Positions 48,094-59,200 of a stretch of DNA of 64,000 bases are shown one piece after another. Each line of letters opens with the position of its first letter. Position 1 is the first letter of the stretch. The translations under genes were made by a program, and so were the position numbers. Source of the DNA: an uncultured Candidatus Saccharibacteria bacterium (GTDB taxonomy: Bacteria > Patescibacteriota > Minisyncoccia > Phycocordibacterales > UBA9973); the NCBI GenBank assembly GCA_964496425.1, contig CAZBZO010000002.1, forward strand, positions 2,450-66,449, given 5' to 3'. The notes beneath the pieces were generated by a model, which did not search any database, was not told where the DNA came from, and was given only the letters and a program-made list of their open reading frames with translations.

Positions 48094-49779
48094 ATGGCAA
48101 ATATCCATAACCTGAAAATCAAAAACTTTAAGGGGATCAAGGAACTGGATCATACTTTTGGTCCAGCTAACTTGATTTGCCTGGTGGGTCGCGGGGATTC
48201 TGGAAAAACAACTATTCTCGAAGCAATTGAACGTGCATTATACCCGAACTGGAATCCATCTATAAGTGATAATGATTTTTATAACTGTGACATTTCTTTG
48301 CCGCTCGAGATAGAGGTAACACTCAAGGGGATTGCCGATAAGCTATTGAGCGATAATAAATATGGACTACATATTCGTGGTCTTCATGCGGATGGAATGA
48401 CTATTTGTGATGAAATTCAAGATGGGCAAGAAAAACTTCTTACAATACTGTTTAAAGTTGAAAAAGATCTGGAACCTAAATGGTTTGTAACAAGTCATCG
48501 CCCACATCAGGAGGACATGAAAATTGACACGGGAGATCGCTCTACTTTTAATGTTTTTTTGCTATCTGATTATCTGGATAAACATTTTTCATGGAGTAAA
48601 GGAACACCATTATTCGCTTTACTTAAACAGGACGGAAATATAGCAGAAAGTTCATTGTTACTAGATGCTGTTCGAGATTTAAAGATAGGGATCGATAGAG
48701 TAGGATTTCCTCATCTAGACACAGTTATTGATAGGGTTAAGAGTTCGACACTAAAATTTGGTGTCAATATCAATAATACTAAAACTAGCATTGATATAAA
48801 GGATCTTGCCATAAAGGATAGTAAGGTAATTCTTCATGATGACTTGGTTCCTTTAAAACTTAAGGGAAAAGGTTCAAAAAGACTTATTTCTGTTGCAATC
48901 CAAACGGAATTAGCAAAAGACGGGATATTATTACTTGACGAAATAGAACAAGGCCTTGAACCTGATAGAGTTAAGCATCTTGTCAGAACTCTTTGCTGTA
49001 ATACCAACGAACAAACATTTGTGACCACTCATTCACAGCAAGTAATTGAAGAACTTGAACCAGAAAATATATTTGTTGTGAATGCCGAAAATGGCATTGT
49101 GACTATCAAGCAAACAAATAGTGCTGAAAGCGATAAATATAAGAGTCTTTTTAGAACATGCTCTGAAGCACTGTATGCAAATCGAGTCATTGTTTGTGAA
49201 GGCAAAACTGAGCTTGGATTTTGCCGGTCCATAGACAAACAAAGAGTCCTATCATCATTACCATCAATGGCCATGAAGGGTGTTGTGTACTCCCTAGGTG
49301 GTGGTGATGGATTTAACAGAAAGGCAAAACAACTGAAAGAAAATCTTGGTAAAGAAGTTTGTGTTTTTTGTGATTCAGATAAAGATGAGGATATTGGTGA
49401 ACCAACAAAAGTTGAATTGAGAGCTTCAGGTATAGATATTTTTGATTGTGAGACACTTAATAATTTAGAACAACAGATTTCAAAAGATCTACCATGGGAA
49501 GGGATCGAGGAGCTTTGCAACTATGTTGTTCAAGATAAAAACATTAAGAAAGAATTTGCTCTTTATTTTAAAGAATTGACTACTTCTAGTTGGAATAACG
49601 CTGATACTCCTGAAAATAGAAAACTCTTTTCCGATGCAGCAAAAAAATATTCTTGGTTTAAAAGAATTGATCACGGTGAGAAACTAGGGGACATCTGTCT
49701 TAAATATAAGAGTCAATTAGCAGAAGACTCACGGCTAAAAGTGATTATCTCCGGAATAAATTCCTGGATAGAAATATGA
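48094..49779 (+). CDS. gajA: OLD-family ABC-ATPase/TOPRIM nuclease, Gabija GajA-like
   Basis: Walker A GRGDSGKTT, LLDEIEQGLEP, TTHS, TOPRIM VCEGKTE and DSD. Confidence 0.82.
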   Translation: MANIHNLKIKNFKGIKELDHTFGPANLICLVGRGDSGKTTILEAIERALYPNWNPSISDNDFYNCDISLPLEIEVTLKGIADKLLSDNKYGLHIRGLHADGMTICDEIQDGQEKLLTILFKVEKDLEPKWFVTSHRPHQEDMKIDTGDRSTFNVFLLSDYLDKHFSWSKGTPLFALLKQDGNIAESSLLLDAVRDLKIGIDRVGFPHLDTVIDRVKSSTLKFGVNINNTKTSIDIKDLAIKDSKVILHDDLVPLKLKGKGSKRLISVAIQTELAKDGILLLDEIEQGLEPDRVKHLVRTLCCNTNEQTFVTTHSQQVIEELEPENIFVVNAENGIVTIKQTNSAESDKYKSLFRTCSEALYANRVIVCEGKTELGFCRSIDKQRVLSSLPSMAMKGVVYSLGGGDGFNRKAKQLKENLGKEVCVFCDSDKDEDIGEPTKVELRASGIDIFDCETLNNLEQQISKDLPWEGIEELCNYVVQDKNIKKEFALYFKELTTSSWNNADTPENRKLFSDAAKKYSWFKRIDHGEKLGDICLKYKSQLAEDSRLKVIISGINSWIEI

Positions 49780-51182
49780 GTGAGACATTTGATGTAAGAT
49801 CTTTTGCAACCGCGCGGGATAATGTTTTAATTGCTCCAGCAGGTTTTGGCAAAACCCATTCAATTAGTGAATGTCTTAAGTACACTCATGGTAGACAACT
49901 TATTCTAACGCATACTCAAGCTGGTGTCGCTTCTATTAAAGACAAGCTACAAAAATGTTATATCAGTAAAGACAAATACAGTGTGGAGACCATATCTAGT
50001 TTTGCTAAAAGGTATGTGGTTTCCTTCGATAATTCAACAAGTATTCCAAATGAAACAGATGATAACTTCTATCCTTATTTCATTGAACAGGCAACCAATT
50101 TGTTATCTTCAATCTTAGTACAGGATATAATAAAGCTTTCCTACTCAGGCTTGTTTGTTGATGAATATCAAGACTGTACTATTAAGCAACATAATTTAAT
50201 ATTGATATTGGCCGGAATACTGCCAACCCACGTTTTAGGTGATCCTTTACAAGGAATTTTTGGTTTTGCTGGCGATCTAGTTGATCTAAATGACTCTCCT
50301 CAGATGGGTAGATTCAATACAGTCCATTATTTGAAAGTCCCTCATCGGTGGATCATTGGGGGTAATAAGCAACTTGGAACGGATTTACTACAAATAAGAG
50401 AGAAATTGCAATTAAATCTTGAAATTGAATTAAAGCACTTTCCATCCATAGAATTTAGGCAAGGAGGTTATTTAGATCATTATAATTTCATAATGGAAAC
50501 CCTAAAAAACTGTGATAGCGTCTTAGTAATTGATCCTAATTCAATGAGATTAAGTAACAGGGAAAAGTTTGTTGTTACTTTCAAGTATATTCCCTTACTA
50601 ATTGAAGCATTTGATGGGAAGGACTTTTATTCTTCCGCGATCCATTTTGATAATAAAAACAATCTTCCTGCTAGTGAGGTTTTACACAAGTTTATTGAAG
50701 GTAAGTTTTCTAATTTAGATAATTGGTACGATAAGACTAATAGGAGATTCAGAAAAAAAAGAAACCCTGTTGAAGAGAAGGAGTTGTTCGTGATAAAACA
50801 ACTTATGAGTAGGTTGGAATTAAGTTACTCACTAATGGATTTGAAAGAGGTCATATTTAGAATAAGAAATTTAAAGGGTGTTAACTGCGCGAGAAGGGAT
50901 CTTTTAAGTTCTCTGAGTAGATCAATGGAAGATGCTCATTATTCAAGAATCTCAGTACTGGAAGCAATGAGAAACAATCGAAATGGGATAAGGAGATTAG
51001 GTAGAAAAATGTATGGCAAATGTGTAGGTACAACTCTTCTAACTAAAGGGTTGGAGTTTGAAACCGTAATTATATTAGATGCAGATAAATTTAATGACCC
51101 CAAGAATTTTTATGTTGCAATATCAAGATGTATTAAGAGGCTTATTATACTTGCCAGTAATAGTAAATTAAATCCGTATTAA
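49776..51182 (+). CDS. gajB: UvrD-like helicase, Gabija GajB-like
   Basis: APAGFGKT, VDEYQD, GDPLQGIF, TKGLEF, YVAISR; ATGA overlap with gajA. Confidence 0.82.
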   Translation: MSETFDVRSFATARDNVLIAPAGFGKTHSISECLKYTHGRQLILTHTQAGVASIKDKLQKCYISKDKYSVETISSFAKRYVVSFDNSTSIPNETDDNFYPYFIEQATNLLSSILVQDIIKLSYSGLFVDEYQDCTIKQHNLILILAGILPTHVLGDPLQGIFGFAGDLVDLNDSPQMGRFNTVHYLKVPHRWIIGGNKQLGTDLLQIREKLQLNLEIELKHFPSIEFRQGGYLDHYNFIMETLKNCDSVLVIDPNSMRLSNREKFVVTFKYIPLLIEAFDGKDFYSSAIHFDNKNNLPASEVLHKFIEGKFSNLDNWYDKTNRRFRKKRNPVEEKELFVIKQLMSRLELSYSLMDLKEVIFRIRNLKGVNCARRDLLSSLSRSMEDAHYSRISVLEAMRNNRNGIRRLGRKMYGKCVGTTLLTKGLEFETVIILDADKFNDPKNFYVAISRCIKRLIILASNSKLNPY

Positions 51183-51322
51183 CCAAGAATAGATTCTTTG
51201 TGTTATTATTACTTTTTTTGAATTGCTGAGCTTGTTGAAGTTGATTGTGAGAGGTTCAAATTTTGTTTAGGTAACCTTCAATTACAAGAACATTTGACAA
51301 GATTCTGTAAAGGAGGGAGCAT

Positions 51323-51556
51323 TTGCTATTTATGACAATTGGGTGCACCTTAGGAAAAAAATTATGCCCTCCATATCTGGCAAATTTCCCAAACGGTGCG
51401 GCTATACCTACTGATCCTGGAAATAACATCCTAGCTACAGATCCAGCATTTTGGCAGAAAGTAAGGAATGACATAGTCACTCTCAGTGAGATTATAAAGG
51501 ATAGTGGGAAAGAAGACAAACCGGATGAATTGTCGTTTCTAGCAAAACTTCCCTAG
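51323..51556 (+). CDS. Small hypothetical protein spanning repeat copy 2
   Basis: AGGAGG 6 nt upstream of TTG; several differences from copy 1 are synonymous in this frame. Confidence 0.4.
   Translation: MLFMTIGCTLGKKLCPPYLANFPNGAAIPTDPGNNILATDPAFWQKVRNDIVTLSEIIKDSGKEDKPDELSFLAKLP
51343..51544 (+). repeat. ~200-bp direct repeat, copy 2 (downstream of gajB-like gene)
   Basis: Aligns with 47787-47990 with a 2-bp indel near the 5' end. Confidence 0.92.
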
Positions 51557-51591
51557 TTATCAAGCTAGGTACTTATTAGTATGCTACTTGT

Positions 51592-51828
51592 ATGGATACC
51601 TCTATACCAAATGATTTAAGAAAGTGGAGGAAGGCTAAGGGATTTCGACAGCTTGATGTAGCATGTAAACTAGGATTTTCTAGCACTGATCGAATTTCGA
51701 AGTGGGAGAAGGGAATTTCCTATCCTCATCTGATTAATCTCTTTAAGCTCTGCGCGATATATGAGGTAATGCCGCAGGAGTTGTATGGAGAAGTCTTGAG
51801 ACAAGTTTATCAATCACAAAATAAATAA
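51592..51828 (+). CDS. XRE family HTH transcriptional regulator
   Basis: LRKWRKAKGFRQLDVACKLG..ISKWEKGISYP. Confidence 0.88.
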   Translation: MDTSIPNDLRKWRKAKGFRQLDVACKLGFSSTDRISKWEKGISYPHLINLFKLCAIYEVMPQELYGEVLRQVYQSQNK

Positions 51829-51830
51829 TT

Positions 51831-52748
51831 TTAGTAAGTCTTATTGAGCAAGGGGTCAAAGACCATTTTGTAATTAGAATCTTTTACAAAATCATGCTCA
51901 TCGAATTCAAGAATAGTTTGTTTCAGGTTAAAATTATACGCTTCTGTTTTGGATTGAATAAAAAAACTTACTCCCTCAGCATTGCCAAAAAAATGCCTTT
52001 GTGGATTCGTTACATTTTCATGAAGTAGTTTTGCATGGAATATTTCACTATTAAAGTAATGAAGTATTCTCTTGTGAACTTCCCCAAAATAATCTTTACC
52101 GGAATCAGTGCCGTTAAAATATTCTCCGTGTACCAATCTATGCCTTAATCCAGATCGAGAATTTCCTTTTATGCCAAATAATTCGATTTTAAGCTCTTTC
52201 CCTAGTATTAGTTCAATAAAGTTAAAGTCCTTTTTGTCATTTCTTTTGGCAAGAGCTTCAATGGCTGAAAACATGAGCAGCAACTTAGAAGAATACCCAG
52301 TAGCATTGGTTGCATCATTCCAATAAAAGTAGAATTCATCGGGTATCTGGAGGTTCCTATGAAGTACATCCAATGCCTTCAGATGGTCTTCCATGAACAT
52401 TAGTCCAACAGGCGACCTATCTTTCACAATTCTTATAAATGCTGTATCAGAATCTTCCCTATGAATAAGAAAAGATTCATTCACAAAATCAATATAGCAT
52501 TGAGAGATAAGGGCAATCTTGGGAATAATCTGAAGTAGTTTTAATCTAAATTCCTTGAAAGCTTCATGGAAGTCAGCTGCTTCAAATGTTGCTTCAGCCA
52601 GCCAGGCATCTCCTTTCCATCCATATGCATGATTGAAATCCCATTGTGAAAGGGTTATGTCATCAATCGCAAATGATGCTGGATTATCCTTTCCGATAAT
52701 TGCATTGTGAGCAAGAGTTGTAATGCGATGCTGAATTTTATACTTCAT
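51831..52748 (-). CDS. HEPN-motif protein (ApeA/MauJ-like), putative RNase
   Basis: FSAIEAL helix followed by RHRLVH (Rx4H). Confidence 0.6.
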   Translation of the reverse strand: MKYKIQHRITTLAHNAIIGKDNPASFAIDDITLSQWDFNHAYGWKGDAWLAEATFEAADFHEAFKEFRLKLLQIIPKIALISQCYIDFVNESFLIHREDSDTAFIRIVKDRSPVGLMFMEDHLKALDVLHRNLQIPDEFYFYWNDATNATGYSSKLLLMFSAIEALAKRNDKKDFNFIELILGKELKIELFGIKGNSRSGLRHRLVHGEYFNGTDSGKDYFGEVHKRILHYFNSEIFHAKLLHENVTNPQRHFFGNAEGVSFFIQSKTEAYNFNLKQTILEFDEHDFVKDSNYKMVFDPLLNKTY

Positions 52749-52924
52749 AAATCTTTTTGCTTCTCCATAAATGTATCAACAAGTAATTTAGCGAGATACA
52801 TCAATTGAATATTTTCTTCTTGTTCCTTAGCTGATAAGCGTTCAAAGGCTTGGACTCCCGCGTGCTTTATAGCTGACTCCTTCGCATACAGATAACCTTC
52901 TAAATCCATTCTTGCATTATTCAT
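52745..52924 (-). CDS. Small hypothetical protein coupled to the HEPN gene
   Basis: TATAGT 6 nt before the ATG at 52924; ATGA overlap with the downstream gene. Confidence 0.55.
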   Translation of the reverse strand: MNNARMDLEGYLYAKESAIKHAGVQAFERLSAKEQEENIQLMYLAKLLVDTFMEKQKDL

Positions 52925-53045
52925 CAGCGTACTATAGCGCATAGTAGGAGAAAGTTCGAATCCCTTTAACCTCCACCATGTTTTTGGTGTTTCTGCAAAA
53001 TAAAAAATCCTTAGGAAGTAAGGATTTTTGAGTAATACCTTAAGG

Positions 53046-53118
53046 TGCGCGATAGAGGATTCGAACCTCTGGCCTACCCCACGTCAAGGGGTCGCTCTAC
53101 CAACTGAGCTAACCGCGC
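53046..53118 (-). tRNA. tRNA-Val(GAC)
   Basis: Reverse complement GCGCGGTTAGCTCAGTTGGTAGAGC..TTGACGT..GGTTCGAATCCTCTATCGCGCA. Confidence 0.94.
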
Positions 53119-53207
53119 GTCACCCCACAATACTAAAAAATAGCCAATGCTGCAATAATAGCTTTATTGATGGGTTGATTGTTGTTATAATGGGGTAGCT
53201 CGGCACA

Positions 53208-56200
53208 ATGCTTTTTTTTAATCAAAAAAAAATAAAAGACCAAGAAAACAATCAAATTCAGGATGTTTTTTTTGATTCAGCCAAAAGCATCATCAATCTT
53301 AAAAAAAAGACGCCATTTATTGAATTTCACTTTGAAAATTCAATTATTCTATTTAAAAAATACGAACGAAAATTGTTTGTCACCCTTGCAATATTTTTTG
53401 GAGTTGCAATTTTTAGTATGTTTTATGTCACCACGGCGAATGTTGCTGTTTTTTATTCAAGTAAATGTCTTGGGGGGTGGGAACATCCAGAAAACGCCGA
53501 AGGTAAGCCATCGCTTTCTTCTGGAGCTCATGCAGAAGATTTTACCAAAAATAATTCTGCATATGTGAAAGAACATTCTGCCTCTATGTACTGCGGCGAA
53601 TTTGACGGCGTAGTTCCCGTGGATGCTATACCTAAAACTTTCAAGCTTTCTCTGGCCTGGTCTGTTGATAATGGAACCGTTCGTCATCGCGAACCAAAAC
53701 CGTTTGATCTTTCCACTGAGTTTGAACCAGATACGAGTACCGCGGTAACTGATGAGAATAAAAATGATGATATTTTAAACGAAGGTGGTGAACAGGAAGA
53801 AATTATAACGGATGAGTCTAGAGAGAGTACTGACATCCTACAAGTAGAAGAGCGTGATAGTTCTCCTGAAACCGATCCTCAAGATGAGGAAGCATCCAGT
53901 GAGGATATTTCCTCAGAACAGAGTGATGAATCTTCAGACCAGCAAACATTCTTTGAGCGATTATTTACTAAAAAAGTATTTGCCCAAGAAGAAAATTCTG
54001 AAGGTACGAGCTCTGAGAGTTCTTCAAATAACAATGACTCAACATCTACCGAAAATGGATCTGAGAGCTCGGACTCAAGCTCGGATAATAAGAATGGTTC
54101 CGAACCATCAGGCGATGCTCCACAAGATTCTGAAAGCATAACAGAAAACGAGCCTTCAAACGTTCCGACTCAAGGATCGGAACAGAATAGAGATACTTCC
54201 GTACGGGATCAGAGAGAAATAACAGAGAAGAAAAATCGAATAAAAAAGGAAACAGGAAGCATCCCCGAAACGGAGCCAGTGGTAGACGGGTTTATGGAAG
54301 TTTCTTATACATTAGATGGAGCAACCTGGAACAGTCTGGGACAAGTCAGTATGAATAATTGGCAAGACGTATCTTTCGATATCCCACTTACCGCCTGGGC
54401 GGACCTTTCAACATTTCAAATCGGTTTTCAAACCCTAGCCAATCTTGATGAGTCACCGGCAATATATATAGACAGCGTGAGCGTCGAAGTGCAATATGAA
54501 ACAGAACAAGAAAACTTCAATCTTGAAGTTCCTACTGTAAAAATAATAGATTCGTCTGAAAATATCATTTTCAGCGACATGACAACATTCTCTTCCCAAG
54601 ACGAACCGTTCTTCGATGTAGTTAATCCAAAATATAGTGAGAGTGATTTACTTTTACTTATTAATGAAGGCAAAATTGAGATTGTAGAAGATACAGATAA
54701 GATGATAGATCTTTGGGAAATGCCCAGTATGCTCGAAGATCCGGTAAAAAATAGTATTGAATCAATCAAAAGTATTGTTAATCCAACAGTGTCGCATACA
54801 CCTTCTCAGATAGAGGAAGAAACTTTCTCTTCTCAAGATGAAGAGCAAGGTTCGGCGGGGCCACGCCGGAAGTCTACTCTTGAAATCATCGAAGGTTCTC
54901 CTCCTGACGAGCAAGCGCAAGAAGAGACCACAAACGGAGCGATTCAATTAAAAGAAAATACTTCCGAAGAATCTCCTGCAATTGAAAGTGATGGTGAGAA
55001 TATAGATCAATCAGAAGAAGGAGATAATGAGATTATATCAATGCTCCCCAAACAGAGCCTTGATCGTTATTGGGGAAATAGAATAAAATCTGAAAAAACA
55101 AACTCAATAATAAGTAATCAGAGTGGAGGTACTTCGAAAGCTTTTTTATTTGGGCCATATATTGCTCATGCGCAAGAAGAAGAAGCTCTGCATCTGAATG
55201 ATATTGTTGCGGAAGTGTTTGATTCTCAAGGTAAAACAGATATACAGACAAGTATAACAACCGTGATTATCGGTGGAGTACAAAAGAGAAGAGTCAATAT
55301 AGAGCGACCACAGCAATTCCGACCAGGAACGTATACCTTGCGGATAACATTGAGAGGAGAAAATGCAAATATTATTTCAGAGCAGAATTTTACGTGGGGA
55401 GTACTTGCGATCAATATTGACCGCTCAATAGAATTGCCTGGGGAAGATGCCTATATTCAAATGGCCGTGCTCAACGATCTTGGGCATACGCTGTGTAACG
55501 CTGATCTTTCACTTGAAATCAAAAGTCCTAGTGGTATCGTTACTCATTTCAATACAAGTGACGCTACTATTGTGTCTGCACAAGAATGTGGCGTAGATAA
55601 TATTATCCCAGTTCCAGACTATTTCAGTCACTACACTGTTTCAAACGAGATTGGTGTTTACTCAATGACACTAACTGCCGAGACGTTAAACGGCACAAAA
55701 ACGATTACTGATTCATTTGAAACAAAGGCATCTCCACTATTTGATGTTGTTCGTACCGGACCTACCAGAATAAATCCAACTGCTGGATATCCTGTGACTA
55801 TTGAAATTACCCCAAAGGCAGATTGGAATGGTGTTATAACCGAAACCGTACCGATTGATTTTACGATTTCACCGCCGATGAGAAGTATTGCATATGACAG
55901 TATTGAAATAGTAAACAATAAAAAAAATATTACGTGGAATATATCCTTGATTAAGGGTGAGACAACAACAATCGGCTATTACTTTGATGCACCGGACGAA
56001 AGTCCTCAATTTTATTTGTTGGGTCCCCTTGATTTTAGCCTACTTTCATTTAAAGGTTTGAAAACTACTTCTGTTTTTCAAGAAGCACGTGAGTGGCAAA
56101 TTGCAAGTGACGTTGCGACTATCGTACTTTTAACGACTGGTACGAGCTGGAGTGTGCCTGTAGACTTTGATCCAGCAAACAATACGATCGAAGGTATTGG

Positions 56201-59200
56201 CGGCGGCGGCGGCGGTGGTGGTGGAACGAATGGAACAGGAGCACAGGGTCGTGGTGGTGGCGGAGCTGGTGGTGGAGGTGAATATAGAAAAATTTCGAAT
56301 TTCAATCCAGGCGGTGCTGGATCAATATCATATGTAATTGGACAAGGTGGAACTTTCGGTGCAGCAAATACAAGTGGTAGTAATGCTACTGATACGACAT
56401 GGAATAGTACATCACTTGTTGCAAAAGGTGGACTTTTAGGAACGAATACTGGAGCAGGCACTGGTGGTACAGGTGGTGCTGGTGGTACTGGTGGTACTGG
56501 AGCTGCAGGAAATAATAATGGTGGTAAAGGTGGCCGTGGAGGAAACCGTTCTGTGACATTAGGCGGTGGTGGCGGTGGTGGAGGAGGTGCCGGTGGGACA
56601 AGTGCAGTTGGGGGCGCAGGAACAAACGGTACTGCTGGTAGTACTGGGGGTGCAGGAGGTGCGGGAGGTAATGCTTCTGGTGGAACAGCAGGAACGAGTA
56701 ATGGTGGGGCTGGAGGAGCTGGTACTGTTTGGACCGACAACTCAGGTGGCGCCAATAATGGTATACAAGGTGGTGCTGGTGGTGGTGGCGGAGGAGGACT
56801 TGCCAGTGCCGGTGCCGGTGGTGCATCAGGTACTGCTGGTAATTATGGAGCTGGCGGTGGCGGTGGTGCTGGTGGAGGTTCAGGTTCTTCAGCTGGAAGT
56901 GCTGGCAAGGCAGGAGCAAATGGTATTATTGCTATTACCTATACTCCGTTTACTATTTCAGGGACTGCAAATGGTAATGATACCGCAACTGTAAGAGTTG
57001 CTATTAATGGAACTTTACAAGCTCAAACAGGCACTATTTCTGCTAGTGCTTGGTCTATAAGTGGAGTCACTTTACCAACGTCTGGGGATATTATTACTGT
57101 TTGGGTAGATAACGTAAGTGACGCAAATGAATCAAGTGCGGTAACCAAGTGGAGTTCTGGTAGTGTTTCTAGTATGGTGCTTAACACCAATTTTTTAACA
57201 ATTGGAAGTAATCAAAATACAAGTTTGACGGTCACTAACCTTGGTCAATATGATTCTGACAATGATGAGGACATTATGCATACTGCGAATAGTGGGGCTT
57301 TCTTAGTGCAAGCATCTGGCAATACATATACAGGAGAAACCATCACAATAGCGTCAAGTAATACACTAACAGTTAGTACCGGTGAATCACTTACAACTGA
57401 AAAGATGATTATAAGTGGAACAGTAACTTCGTCAGGTACTGCCACCTATACATTTACTGCAACATCTGGGACACTACTTACGAGAACTGGAACATTCACT
57501 CAAAGTAATTCAACGGTTAATGTTACATCAGCATCAGGAACCCCTACATTCCTCTCTGCTGCAGTCACATTTCATATTCTTACTATTAATGCAGCTGCAA
57601 CGGTCATAAATGCTGGCGCAGTGATTACTATTGATGACACAAGTGGAGCTTTGCTCTACATTCAATCTGGAGTTCTCAATGACGATGGTTTGGGAATATC
57701 AACTTCGGCTTCTACCGCTAATACATTGCAAATAGATTCTGGTGGTACGATGTGTTTAGGTGGATCAAGTTCAAATACATCTGCAACTTGCAACACTGGC
57801 ACCGTATCAACGACGACAAGGTCTATGCCAGCATTTAGTACGTATACATTAAATGCTTCTTCGACTATTATTTATTTATCAGACGCAGACACAACTATTT
57901 CATCTACACCAACCTATGGTAATTTGAAATTACAGCCAAAATTCGTAACTACTGCACGTACCTATACCTTGAATGGCGCTATGACCATTAATGGTAATTT
58001 TGATATAAATCCCGAAGAATCAGGTGCGGGTACTCCTGCGCTTACAGTTAATGCCGGAGGTACCATTACAGTTGCGACAACAAAAACAATAACTTTGACA
58101 CGATCAAATAGTTCAAGTAGCTCTCTTGATCTAAGGCCCTCATCAACTGATTATAATCTTTCAACAGGGTTTTTGGTTGTGGCCACTGGTGGCACGCTTG
58201 ACGCAGCCAGTGCTTCGTCAACGATTACGCTTACAGGTACTTCTGGAACGCTATTTACAAAAGCTGGCACATTTACCCAAGGCACTTCTGATGTGGTTGT
58301 CACCAGTGCTTCAGGGACACCAACATTATTATCTGCCGGAACTACATTTCACAGGTTGACGATTAATAGCGCTGCAACTGTCATAAATGCAGGCGCAGTG
58401 ATTACTATGTCGAGTGCTGATGCCAATAACAGACTCTATATTCAAACTGGTGTGCTCAACGATGGAGGTAGTCAAATTGTTGGCACGGCAAATGGGACAA
58501 TGCTCATAGATGGAGGGGCAATGCTCTGTATTAATGGCACGGTGGGTGGGACCAATGCGACATGTAATAGCGGAGCAGCTGTTAATGGTGGATCAGGTGG
58601 ATTCCCAACCAACTATACCACTGGCAATATTACTCTTGCTGTTACTTCTACGGTTGCCTATCTTGGAAATGGTGGTTTGAGCATTTCATCCACGCCTACG
58701 TACGGGAATTTAAAATTGATCCCGGTACTAGCTTCAACAAATAAAAGTTATACATTTTCTGGTGTTACAACGATAAATGGAGATTTTACGATCCTACCTT
58801 CAGGTGCCGCACTGGAATTAAAAGTAAAGTTAGGCGGTGATCTAACGGTGGCTGCAACTAAAACGACAACAATTTCAAATAGCGGAGTTCCAACCTCTTT
58901 GTTGCAGCTGCGTCCAGTGAGTACAGATTATAATCTGACCACTGGCTTTTTGAGTGTCAGTAGTGGCTCCGAGCTCGATGCAACTCTCAGTGCATCGACT
59001 ATTACAATTACTGGGACATCAGGTACGCTGTATACAAATGCAGGGACATTTAGTAACGGAAGTACAGAAGTAAACTTTTCAGGTAATGGTAGTGCGACGA
59101 TCAATTCCGGTAGTATTACATTTAATAATTTTAGAAGTTCTGGTACGGGCACAAAAAGCCTCGGTGTTTCAGGAATTTCTGTTGCGAATAATATATTTAT

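Larger units (their letters stand above)
47613..53063. mobile_element. Defence-type genomic island integrated at the tRNA-Val 3' end (no integrase present)
   Basis: GTGCGCGATAGAGGATTCG direct repeat at 47613-47631 and 53045-53063 (tRNA 3' end); interior visibly more AT-rich. Confidence 0.85.

Noticed and set aside
47787-51544. Direct repeats as a DGR template/variable repeat pair
   Set aside because: Mismatches are not adenine-specific and no reverse transcriptase is present in the window.
47613-53063. Prophage
   Set aside because: No integrase, structural, replication or lysis genes are present.
56078-56994. Pro-rich and His-rich overlapping ORFs
   Set aside because: These are antisense or off-frame shadows of the GGN-rich glycine tract in the giant gene.
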